Assembly: GCA_035502215.1 (NCBI GenBank)
Contig: DATJUR010000122.1
Span: 2,952 to 66,951, forward strand
Origin: Acidimicrobiales bacterium
GTDB taxonomy: Bacteria > Actinomycetota > Acidimicrobiia > Acidimicrobiales > RAAP-2
Direction: 5' to 3'
DNA: 64,000 nt
The translations under genes and the position numbers were made by a program. Positions 40,716 through 49,291 of the stretch are shown here, piece by piece; the stretch's first letter is position 1, and each line of letters begins with the position of its first letter. The notes under the pieces are model-generated. The model was not told the origin of the DNA. It saw nothing but the letters and a program-made list of their open reading frames with translations, and did not search any database.

Positions 40716-41719
40716 AACGATTTCCCCCGCTCACGGGTGTGATTGACGACCGAGCCCGGAGACGGCACTCTCGTCAAACCCGGAGACTGCGCCGAGACCG
40801 GCGTGAGGTAGACGTAGTGGATTTTGGGCCAGCGCTTTCGCAGGTCGTCCTCGGCGCGAATGATCGACTGCTCGGCAACCGACAGATCAACGTCGGAAGA
40901 AAAGATGATGGCCCCATCAACGATCAAGCTCTCGGTGCCGACCACGATGGCAAACAAGTCCGGAACATCGATGACTCCCGGTTCTGAGGCGACGATAGAA
41001 CGCATCTCACTCAAGGTCGCCGGAGTCACGCCGCGACCGCCGATGAGATCTCGGTTGACCCCGACGAGGAACACGGACGCCGTAAAGAGCAAGACGCCGA
41101 TGAGCCCGCAGGCGATCGTGTCGGGGGTGGCCGTACCTAACGCCTGGCTGGCCGCGAGTCCGCCCGCGGCGAGACACGCGCCAATCACCGCGCACGATCC
41201 CGCGACGACGACAGTGACCATCGCCGGGTCCGTACTCCGGCGAAGGTAGGCCCACGAAGAGAGGTGCCGGTCGGCTCTTTGTCGACGTAGGGGCCCAAGT
41301 CCGATAACCAATGCGTACACATCGAGCACTGTTGTTGCCGCGAGCACCGCATACGCGAGTGCGAACTCATGCAGGGCCTCGGGATGCACCGCAGCTTGGA
41401 CGGCTTGGTCGAGCGCGACCCCACCGCCACCCAAGAAGAGCCCGAGCGCAGCAAACAGAGACCAAAAGAAGCGTTCTCGTCCGTGGCCCAGCGGGTGGCG
41501 CTCGTCGGGCCCGCGGGCGCTACTGCGAACGCCGACGAGCAGGAACACGACGACTGCCACCTCGGCTACGTTCACGGCGGTCTGGGCGCGAAGACCCGTT
41601 GACTTCGTGAGCCAGGCGGCGACTCCGAGGCCCGCGACTTCAATGCAGTTCACAACCAATGCTGTGGTGACACCTCGATCAGTCGCGGAATGTTCGACGG
41701 CCGGGGACACTTCAGTCAT
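40712..41719 (-). CDS. Cation diffusion facilitator family protein, degenerate metal site
   Basis: PDERHPLGHGRERFFWS, six TMs and C-terminal domain; TM2/TM5 His/Asp ligands not seen. Confidence 0.82.
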   Translation of the reverse strand: MTEVSPAVEHSATDRGVTTALVVNCIEVAGLGVAAWLTKSTGLRAQTAVNVAEVAVVVFLLVGVRSSARGPDERHPLGHGRERFFWSLFAALGLFLGGGGVALDQAVQAAVHPEALHEFALAYAVLAATTVLDVYALVIGLGPLRRQRADRHLSSWAYLRRSTDPAMVTVVVAGSCAVIGACLAAGGLAASQALGTATPDTIACGLIGVLLFTASVFLVGVNRDLIGGRGVTPATLSEMRSIVASEPGVIDVPDLFAIVVGTESLIVDGAIIFSSDVDLSVAEQSIIRAEDDLRKRWPKIHYVYLTPVSAQSPGLTRVPSPGSVVNHTRERGKSL

Positions 41720-42596
41720 CCAGCGCGTCGTTTCCTAGTCGCTCGGATCCGGCGTACACGACCATCGACGGACCTCGTAAGAACCCGACGAGGGTCATGC
41801 CAGACTCTTTAGCGAGGTCGATCGCGAGAGACGAGGGCGCCGACACGGCGCACAGCACCGGGATTCCCGCCATATGCGCCTTTTGGACTAACTCGAACGA
41901 CGCGCGACCCGAGACCATCAAAATGACACCGCGTAACGGAAGTAGCGCCTCGCGCAGTGCCCATCCCACGACCTTGTCCACCGCGTTGTGGCGGCCGACG
42001 TCTTCTCGCAGGGCGAGTAAATCTCCGCTCTCGCCCTCAAACAGCGCCGCCGCGTGGAGTCCTCCAGTTTTTTCGAACACCTCCTGAGCCGCGCGCAGCT
42101 TGGCCGGAAGCTCGACTACAACCGACGAATCGAGACGCAGCGGATCGTCTCGAATCTCAAAGGACGATCGAGTCCGCACGGCGTCAATCGATGCTTTGCC
42201 GCAGAGTCCACAGGAACTGGTCGTGAAAAATGCACGTGCGGCGCTCTCGTGGGGCGCCGCGACGTCGCGGGCGAGGGTGACGTCAATCACGTTGTACTCG
42301 TTGACTTGGGATCCCGAATCTGAGCAGTACCGCATGGCGGCAACGTTCTCGGTGCGGGCGACGACGCCCTCACTCACGAGAAAACCGCACGCCAGGTCAA
42401 AGTCGGCTCCTGGTGTCCTCATGGTCACCGCGAGTGATCGACCGCCAACTCGTATCTCGAGTGGCTCTTCTCCGGCAACCGTGTCGCGGCCGCGACGAGC
42501 CGGCTCACCGAGGGTCACTCGAAGGACGTCTCGCTCTGGCGCGATGCGACTCACGCGACGCTCCAACAGGTGTCTGAGCGGGGCACGTTCACTCAC
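41712..42596 (-). CDS. fdhD: Formate dehydrogenase accessory sulfurtransferase
   Basis: EEPLEIR, TMRTPG, SSCGLCGK, TGGLHAAA, REDVGRHNAVDK, SAPSSLA. Confidence 0.95.
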   Translation of the reverse strand: MSERAPLRHLLERRVSRIAPERDVLRVTLGEPARRGRDTVAGEEPLEIRVGGRSLAVTMRTPGADFDLACGFLVSEGVVARTENVAAMRYCSDSGSQVNEYNVIDVTLARDVAAPHESAARAFFTTSSCGLCGKASIDAVRTRSSFEIRDDPLRLDSSVVVELPAKLRAAQEVFEKTGGLHAAALFEGESGDLLALREDVGRHNAVDKVVGWALREALLPLRGVILMVSGRASFELVQKAHMAGIPVLCAVSAPSSLAIDLAKESGMTLVGFLRGPSMVVYAGSERLGNDALDD

Positions 42597-42834
42597 TCAG
42601 TCCTTGGTCAGTCGTGGCGAGGTGATCGGCGAGTGAGCGGGCAACTGCCAATGCCTCGCTCGGGCTAAGTCCCGCGCGCGCCGCGACCCAACAGGTCAAC
42701 GGCGCGGCAGTTCTCTCCGAGGAGTGCGCGGCCACGCCAGCGAGCGCCAGAATAGTCTCGCACTCCACCTCATCGAGGGGGTGGCCGCCGGAGGCCCCCG
42801 CGAACTCCTGTAGCCACGTCCTCACATCGCTCAT
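42589..42834 (-). CDS. DUF6457-like small protein (Moco-associated)
   Basis: ILALAGVAAHSSERTAAPLTCW; overlaps fdhD start by 8 nt. Confidence 0.78.
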   Translation of the reverse strand: MSDVRTWLQEFAGASGGHPLDEVECETILALAGVAAHSSERTAAPLTCWVAARAGLSPSEALAVARSLADHLATTDQGLSE

Positions 42835-42974
42835 TGATGGCCCCTACTCACTCGTCGCTCCGCAACGCCGCGCTCGCGTCTGCGCCCGCAATCCACGCGC
42901 ATGGCGGTGTCCGCCGAAGGCCCCATGCACACAAAACGGGTCGTGTTCGCACTGATCGTCCTAGCCTCTCGTCC

Positions 42975-43568
42975 ATGGGCGAGTGCAAAGGGACAGAGCC
43001 GACGGCGTTTGAGGGTGCCGTACTCACCGGCGGGCTCAGCCGACGGATGGGACGCGACAAAGCGCTGTTGCCGGTGCGGGAGGTCCCCATGGCCGTGCGG
43101 GTCGCCCGCTCACTGTACGAGGCCGGGGCCACGGAGGTCTTTGCGGTTGGCGGAGACCCGGTATCGCTTCGTGCCCTAGGACTTCGGTACGTGGCCGACG
43201 AGTTCCCCCACGAGGGTCCCTTAGGGGGAATTATCTCGGCTCTGCGGGCGGGCTCGGGGGCTGCGGTGGTGGTGTGCGCCTGTGACATGCCCTGGATCAG
43301 GCCCGAGCACGTGGTGCGCCTCGTCCTCGAACTGGGAAGGAATGACGCGGTTCTGAGTGCCGACAACGGCCAACTCCAACCCTTGCACGCCGTGTGGAGC
43401 CACACGGCGCTCGAGAAGCTGGAGCGGGCCTTTCGTCGTGGCGAACGATCGCCCCAACGAGCCGTTGGCGACCTCCGATTCAAGATTGTTGACCTCGGCG
43501 GCGGCTCGTGGTCGTCTGATGTGGACACTCCCGAAGAGGTCGCATCCATTGATCCACCGCAGAACTGA
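42975..43568 (+). CDS. mobA: Molybdenum cofactor guanylyltransferase
   Basis: LTGGLSRRMGRDKA, EGPLGGI, ACDMP, QPLHAVW, DVDTPEE. Confidence 0.9.
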   Translation: MGECKGTEPTAFEGAVLTGGLSRRMGRDKALLPVREVPMAVRVARSLYEAGATEVFAVGGDPVSLRALGLRYVADEFPHEGPLGGIISALRAGSGAAVVVCACDMPWIRPEHVVRLVLELGRNDAVLSADNGQLQPLHAVWSHTALEKLERAFRRGERSPQRAVGDLRFKIVDLGGGSWSSDVDTPEEVASIDPPQN

Positions 43569-43610
43569 AAGAGCGAGCGCGGACCAGTCATGTACGGGTC
43601 GAGCGCCCTT

Positions 43611-46016
43611 CTACGTTGCTCGAGTGGCCGACACACTGGGACTGATCTCGACCAGCATGTGCTTCATCAGTGGCTGGTCACTTTGAGGACTGTAATCTCC
43701 GATAGGGCACAACACATTGAGCTCGGGCATGTAGCCCGCGGCTGAGCCGGGGGGAATGTTGTAGGCGACCACCCGGTATCCATACACGCTGCGTCGCGTC
43801 CCGTCTTTCGCGATGCTCGTGATGTCCACGAGGTCAAATTCCTTGAGGCCGCGCTCGTCCATGTCGTGACGACTCATGAGGACCAGCGTGCGGAGATTTT
43901 TCACGCCTCGGTAGCGATCATCGTTGGAGTAGATGGTGGTATTCCACTGATCGTGCGAGCGCATCGTGCCCAGTGTCAAGCGACCTTGGGCGGGGACAGC
44001 GTTGGGCAGGGGAGCAGCCGTGAACTCAGCCCGGTTGGAGTCTGTTGTAAAAGTCCGTTCGCGGGCCGGCTGGGAGATCCGGAACCCGTGGGGCAGGCGA
44101 GCTCGCTCGTTGTAGTTCTCGAAACCGTCGAGGACTTTCTCCATGGTGTCGCGAATGAGGTCGTAGTTGTCGGTGTAACTCTCCCACGGCGTCGCACTCG
44201 AGGGGAGCGTTGCTCGAGCCATGCCCGCGACGATGGCCGGCTCGGACTTGAGGTGAGGCGACGCTGGGGATTTCATTCCACGTGAGATGTGCACCATGCT
44301 CATCGAGTCTTCGACGGTCGTTCCTTGAAGTCCGCTGCGCTGATGATCCTTCTCCGTGCGCCCCAGGCACGGCAGGATTAACGCTTCTCGTCCGTGCACT
44401 AAATGGCTCCTGTTCAGTTTCGTGCTGACGTGGACCGTGAGTTCGCAGTTGCGCAGAGCGGCAAAGGTGTAGTTCGTGTCGGGGGCCGCCAGGGCGAAGT
44501 TCCCCCCCATTCCGACGAACACCTTGACCTGGCCAGCGTGCATCGCTTCAATGGTGCTCACCGTGTTCAGGCCAAACTCCCGAGGCGGCTCGAAACCGCA
44601 CACGTCGCCCAGGCGCGTGAGGAAGGCTTCGCTCGGCCGGTGGGTAATTCCGCACGTCCGATTTCCTTGGACGTTGCTGTGGCCGCGAATCGGACACGGA
44701 CCAGCTCCTTTGCGACCGAGGTTGCCGCGCAAGAGCAGGAGACTGATGATCTCGCGCACGGTGTCCACCCCATGCTCCTGCTGGGTAATACCGAGGCACC
44801 AGCTGATAATCGTCGATTCGGCGTCCATGTACACCCCTGCGAGGTTTCGGATAGCCGTCTCGTCGACCCCAGACTGTCGTTCGAGTTCCTTCCAGTCGGT
44901 CGATTCGCACAGCTCACGGTACTGCTCGAAACCTGAGGTGTAGCGAGAGATGAACTCGGCGTCGATGGCCTGGGGGTCGGTCCGGGCCCGTTCGAGCACC
45001 GCCTTGGAGACGCCTCGTAGCAGCGCGAGGTCACCGGCGATGCGGGGCTGAACGTTGAGGGTACCCGTCTTAGTTGCCTTGCGCGTAGCCATCGTGAGGA
45101 GTTCGTGGGGCACGATCGTTTCGCGCGATGCGGCTTCAATGAGGGGATTGATGTGCACGATTTGAGCGCCTCGGCGGTACGCCTCGGCGAGTGACGTGAG
45201 CATGCGCGGGGCGTTCGAGCCCGCGTTGACCCCAATCACAAAGATGGCGTCCGCGTGTTCCCAGTCGCGTATGTCCACGGTGCCCTTACCGGTACCCAGC
45301 GCCGCCGTCAGCGCTCGGCCACTGGCTTCGTGGCACATATTGGAGCAGTCGGGAAGATTGTTGGTGCCGAACTCGCGCACCCACAACTGGTAGAGGAAGG
45401 TGGCCTCGTTGCCGAGTCGTCCCGAGGTGTAAAACGAGGCCTCGTGGGGACTGGCCAGAGCGCGTAGCCGCGAGCCCACGAGCGCGAAAGCATCGGACCA
45501 GGTAATGGGAACGTAGTGGTCGCTCGCCGCGTCATAGACCATCGGCTCGGTCAGGCGACCCTGATCCTCCAGATCGAAGTCACTCCAACCGCAAAGATCC
45601 GTGACAGTGTGACGGGCAAAGAAGTTCCGGTCCACGCGTCGTGGCGTCATCTCCCACGTGGCGTGCTTGATTCCATTTTCGCAGATGTCCAGGTGCAGAC
45701 CGTTCGGGTCGTCCGGCCAGGCACATCCCGGACAGTCGAAGCCGCCATCCTCGTGATTCATCGTGAAGGTGACCCGAGTCCCCTCCACGGGATCGCGGTT
45801 GCGGATCAGCACGTGGGCCACGGAGCGCGCCGCGCCCCAGCCGGCGGTGGGGTGGACGTAGTCCTGTTGACTGAATGGCCGATGGTCGTGGCTCGGTCCG
45901 CGTCCGAGGGCGCCGAGCCCGGGCGCGCCGCCCAGCATCGCCGCTTCTTCGGTCCCGGCCTGCGATCTCTCGGATACTGAACGCTCCGACTCGTTGCCGG
46001 GTTGCTGATCGGCCAT
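43611..46016 (-). CDS. FdhF/YdeP family molybdopterin oxidoreductase
   Basis: FDCPGCAW, CENG, YTSGR, NNLPDCSNMCHE, RGHSNVQG, RSHDQWNTTIY; RBS GGGAGG. Confidence 0.95.
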   Translation of the reverse strand: MADQQPGNESERSVSERSQAGTEEAAMLGGAPGLGALGRGPSHDHRPFSQQDYVHPTAGWGAARSVAHVLIRNRDPVEGTRVTFTMNHEDGGFDCPGCAWPDDPNGLHLDICENGIKHATWEMTPRRVDRNFFARHTVTDLCGWSDFDLEDQGRLTEPMVYDAASDHYVPITWSDAFALVGSRLRALASPHEASFYTSGRLGNEATFLYQLWVREFGTNNLPDCSNMCHEASGRALTAALGTGKGTVDIRDWEHADAIFVIGVNAGSNAPRMLTSLAEAYRRGAQIVHINPLIEAASRETIVPHELLTMATRKATKTGTLNVQPRIAGDLALLRGVSKAVLERARTDPQAIDAEFISRYTSGFEQYRELCESTDWKELERQSGVDETAIRNLAGVYMDAESTIISWCLGITQQEHGVDTVREIISLLLLRGNLGRKGAGPCPIRGHSNVQGNRTCGITHRPSEAFLTRLGDVCGFEPPREFGLNTVSTIEAMHAGQVKVFVGMGGNFALAAPDTNYTFAALRNCELTVHVSTKLNRSHLVHGREALILPCLGRTEKDHQRSGLQGTTVEDSMSMVHISRGMKSPASPHLKSEPAIVAGMARATLPSSATPWESYTDNYDLIRDTMEKVLDGFENYNERARLPHGFRISQPARERTFTTDSNRAEFTAAPLPNAVPAQGRLTLGTMRSHDQWNTTIYSNDDRYRGVKNLRTLVLMSRHDMDERGLKEFDLVDITSIAKDGTRRSVYGYRVVAYNIPPGSAAGYMPELNVLCPIGDYSPQSDQPLMKHMLVEISPSVSATRAT

Positions 46017-46263
46017 GGGCGCCTCCCAACGGCGTACCCAGAGTCCCGTCCTAAGTCATGGTTGCGCCTGTAGCGGGGATGGTACACCTGGATTTCAATT
46101 CGGGGCAAGGTCTCACTAGAGAATCACCTCATGGAAGTGGCGATCGCGTAGCCCACACGGTTGGCGTAACTGGCGATGGTCTCAGATCCGGTTCACTCGC
46201 GCTCACGTGGCCGGAAGTTGGGACTTCTGTCGTACGCTGGATCTGCTGCAGCCGTGCCTCGCC

Positions 46264-46500
46264 TTATCCGCCCGAGACCGGTGGCAGCACCGCCACTTCG
46301 TCGTCGCAAGCGATGGGTGACTTTGGCTCAGCGGGCTCGCCGTTCACCCAAATACGACTGACCTCGAGAACCTTTTGAAACGCCGGTCCGTAGCGTCGAA
46401 CGGCCTCGTCCATCACGGCGTCGAGGGACTCACCCTCAATGATGTCCACGCTGGTGCCCGCCGCCTCACGGGCAGGACCCAAGAGAACCATTCGAGCCAT
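46264..46500 (-). CDS. moaD: Molybdopterin synthase sulfur carrier subunit
   Basis: 78 aa, DEVAVLPPVSGG; coupled to moeA stop. Confidence 0.92.
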   Translation of the reverse strand: MARMVLLGPAREAAGTSVDIIEGESLDAVMDEAVRRYGPAFQKVLEVSRIWVNGEPAEPKSPIACDDEVAVLPPVSGG

Positions 46501-47735
46501 CAGAGAGCGCTCAACAGGTCCGCCTCGAGCACCATCCCTCGCACGACGTCGCCCGCCTCGGCCCCGCCACCGTCGGGAAGGAAGATCAGAACGTTGGCCA
46601 AGGCGACCGCGTGGAGCAAGTGCGATCCGTGACGCGCCACACGTTCCACGTGAACCTCACCGTCGTCGTGAACGCGTGCGACCGCGTGAACGAGATGGAG
46701 GCGACCGTCGGGTTTCCGCGGCGCCGAGCAGTCGAGGATCATGTTGATGGTGAGCCGGTCCAGAACGCGGTGCCCTCCCAGGCGACGAAGGGCGGGACGC
46801 ACGAACGTCTCAAATCCCACCAGGGTGGATACTGGGTTGCCCGCCAGTCCGAAGATGGGCACACCCGAATCCTTCGTGACGCCGAACGCGAACGGCTTGC
46901 CCGGTTTCATCGCGACCTGCATCGAGCGCGCCTGATCGCCACAGAGCTCGAAGAGAACCGACTTCACAAAATCGGCGTCGCCGACGCTCACCCCGCCCGT
47001 CGAGACGATCGCATCGCATGACGCTGCTCCCCGGGTCAAGGTCTCGTTGATGTCGGCGGGCGAGTCGCCCACGATTCCCAGGTCGATGGCGTCGAATCCC
47101 GATGCGCGTACTGAGGCGAGAAGCGAGGGTCGATTGGTGTCGCGAATCATGCCGGGGGCCAAAGAGTGCGTCGTGGATGCGAGTTCGTTGCCCGTCGACA
47201 ACACGCCCACGACGGGCCGTGGGTGAACCGTCACGCTCGCGTATCCCTGACTCGCCAGCACGCCGAGCAAGGCGGGACCAAGTTCGTCGCCCTCCGAGAC
47301 CAACACCTGGTGGAGAGAGACATCTTCGCCGACCCGGCGAACCGCCTCGCCGACGCTGACCTCCCGCTCGATGACGACTGTCGTACCGTCAGGGTCAAGG
47401 AGAGTCGCCTCACGCAAACAGACGCTGTCGGCTCCGGCGGGGATGGGAGCGCCGGTCATAATTCGCGCAGCCTCACCCTCGCCTACCATCACGGAGGGGT
47501 CGTCGCCGGCGAAGACTGCGCTGGTCACGCGCAGGCGCCGAGAGCCGCCCTTGGTATCAATAGCGCGCAGCGCAAACCCGTCCATCGAGGAGTTATCGAA
47601 CCGGGGCGACGGCTCGCGAGCGCGAACCTCTTCGGCGCAGACGCAGCCCAGCGCGTCGGCGAGATCGAAGCGACGCGGATCCAGTGGTGTGAGGTGCTGG
47701 AGAACAATGCCCCGCGCGTCGTCGACGGAGATCAC
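46500..47735 (-). CDS. moeA: Molybdopterin molybdotransferase
   Basis: FDNSSMDGFA, IMTGAPIP, STGNEL, TGGVSVGDADFV, MKPGKP, GNPVS; GTGA overlap with moaE. Confidence 0.95.
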   Translation of the reverse strand: MISVDDARGIVLQHLTPLDPRRFDLADALGCVCAEEVRAREPSPRFDNSSMDGFALRAIDTKGGSRRLRVTSAVFAGDDPSVMVGEGEAARIMTGAPIPAGADSVCLREATLLDPDGTTVVIEREVSVGEAVRRVGEDVSLHQVLVSEGDELGPALLGVLASQGYASVTVHPRPVVGVLSTGNELASTTHSLAPGMIRDTNRPSLLASVRASGFDAIDLGIVGDSPADINETLTRGAASCDAIVSTGGVSVGDADFVKSVLFELCGDQARSMQVAMKPGKPFAFGVTKDSGVPIFGLAGNPVSTLVGFETFVRPALRRLGGHRVLDRLTINMILDCSAPRKPDGRLHLVHAVARVHDDGEVHVERVARHGSHLLHAVALANVLIFLPDGGGAEAGDVVRGMVLEADLLSAL

Positions 47736-48205
47736 GGACGCGGAACGTCGGCCAGCGGCGAGGACTCCTCGCTCCACGCCGAGCCGCCCTCCCAAATCTC
47801 GCGCTTCCACATGGGAACGGTTTGCTTGAGGGTGTCGATGCAAAACCGCGCAGCGTCGAAAGCGTCGCTACGGTGAGGCGACGATACGGCGACGATGACT
47901 GTCGCCTCCGACAGTTCAACTCTGCCGATCCGGTGGTGGATCGCGATCGCTTCCACGGAGGTCCAACGCTCCCTCGCCGCCGTGACGATCTCGTTGAGGC
48001 GCCGCTCCGCGAAGGCCGGGCTCGTCTCGTACTCAAGAGCGAGCACGTCGCTGTGTGCGCGCGAATGGTCTCGCACCACCCCAGTGAAGGTGACCACCGC
48101 CCCGCAGTTGGCTCGCAGCGCCCAGGCGGAGAGTTCATCACTCGACAGTGGTTCGTTGGTTACCACGACCCACGTAGAAGCTGAGGTCGGGCCCATGGAC
48201 GTCAT
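47732..48205 (-). CDS. moaE: Molybdopterin synthase catalytic subunit
   Basis: GAVVTFTGVVRDH, HRIG, SSPHR..AF, LKQTVPMWKRE. Confidence 0.95.
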   Translation of the reverse strand: MTSMGPTSASTWVVVTNEPLSSDELSAWALRANCGAVVTFTGVVRDHSRAHSDVLALEYETSPAFAERRLNEIVTAARERWTSVEAIAIHHRIGRVELSEATVIVAVSSPHRSDAFDAARFCIDTLKQTVPMWKREIWEGGSAWSEESSPLADVPRP

Positions 48206-48303
48206 TCTACGGTTGGCTCAGATGACCCCCCCGGGGGACATTTGTCGGGGCCGCACGTGGTTCGCCGGCGGACTCGCCCGCCGTGAGCGCACTCTCTCCT
48301 GTA

Positions 48304-48315
48304 ACGCAAGTGCGT
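48304..48315. promoter_or_regulatory. Palindrome ACGCA-AG-TGCGT, candidate operator of the TOBE regulator
   Basis: Between divergent moaE and oxyanion transporter operons; weaker TGCATATACG copy next to the RBS of the 48395 gene. Confidence 0.4.
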
Positions 48316-48394
48316 GCAATAGGACGAAGTAACCAAGCAGACACGCCAAATTAGGGGCGCTGTTACTGTAAATGCATATACGACAGGAGGCAGC

Positions 48395-49291
48395 ATGCGT
48401 CGATTCGTGGCGATGGTGGCGACGGCACTGGTGGCGCTCAGCGCGCTGTCGATCTCGCTGAGCAGCGCGGGAGCGAGTCCCACCACGAGGGCCAAGGCAT
48501 CCGGAACGGTCGACGTACTCTACGCCGGCTCATTTCTCGACATCATGGAACAACAGATCGATCCCGCCTTTCACAAGGCCACGGGCTACACCGTGAGTGG
48601 TTACTCCGCCGGTTCGACCGCTCTCGCCACCGAGATTGCGGGGGGCACCCAAGTGGGTGACGTCTTTATCAGTGCGTCGCCGGCGGTGAACGCAAGCCTC
48701 GAAGGGAGCGCGAACGGTAATTGGGTGTCAACGTATAAGGAGTTCGGCTACTCGCCACTCGTGCTCGGCTACAACCCGAAGTCGAAGTTCGCCAAGGACC
48801 TCACCACCAAGCCCTGGTACGAAGTGGTCGATCTCCCCGGATTCCTGCTCGGACGTACGGACCCCGCCACGGACCCTAAGGGAGTGCTCGCCGTCGATGC
48901 GCTGACGGGGGTCGCGCTCAGTTACGACCAGCCAAACCTTGCGCCTCTGGCGTCTTCGACGTCCAACATCTTTGAAGAGACCGCCCTGGTCGGTGAGCTC
49001 CAGGCGGGACAGCTGGACGCGGGATTCTTTTACGCCGTCGAGGCGGCGGCGGCGCACCTCAAGACGGTGCCGCTGGTGGGCACTCAACTCTCGGGTCAGT
49101 ACACCGTGGCGATCCTCAACCGTGCGCCTCACGAAGCCGCGGCGAAGGCCTTTGTCAAGTTCCTCCTTGGTCCCGCGGGCCGCAAGATACTCATGGCCAA
49201 CGGAGTGACGCCGATCGTGCCGGCACTATTCTTCCGCGCATCCGCAAACTCCGCCTCGACCACCACGACTACGACCACGACCACGCCGTGA
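48395..49291 (+). CDS. Molybdate/tungstate ABC substrate-binding protein (WtpA-like)
   Basis: YAGSF, SAGS, DVFISAS, RTDPATDPKG, FEETAL, LDAGFFY; RBS AGGAGG. Confidence 0.87.
   Translation: MRRFVAMVATALVALSALSISLSSAGASPTTRAKASGTVDVLYAGSFLDIMEQQIDPAFHKATGYTVSGYSAGSTALATEIAGGTQVGDVFISASPAVNASLEGSANGNWVSTYKEFGYSPLVLGYNPKSKFAKDLTTKPWYEVVDLPGFLLGRTDPATDPKGVLAVDALTGVALSYDQPNLAPLASSTSNIFEETALVGELQAGQLDAGFFYAVEAAAAHLKTVPLVGTQLSGQYTVAILNRAPHEAAAKAFVKFLLGPAGRKILMANGVTPIVPALFFRASANSASTTTTTTTTTP

Noticed and set aside
42834-42974. 47-aa N-terminal extension of MobA from the ORF track
   Set aside because: Starts head-to-head on the DUF6457 start with no room for promoters; homology begins after ATG 42975
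43611-46016. Selenocysteine formate dehydrogenase
   Set aside because: No in-frame TGA; the active-site region has Cys (CSNMCHE)
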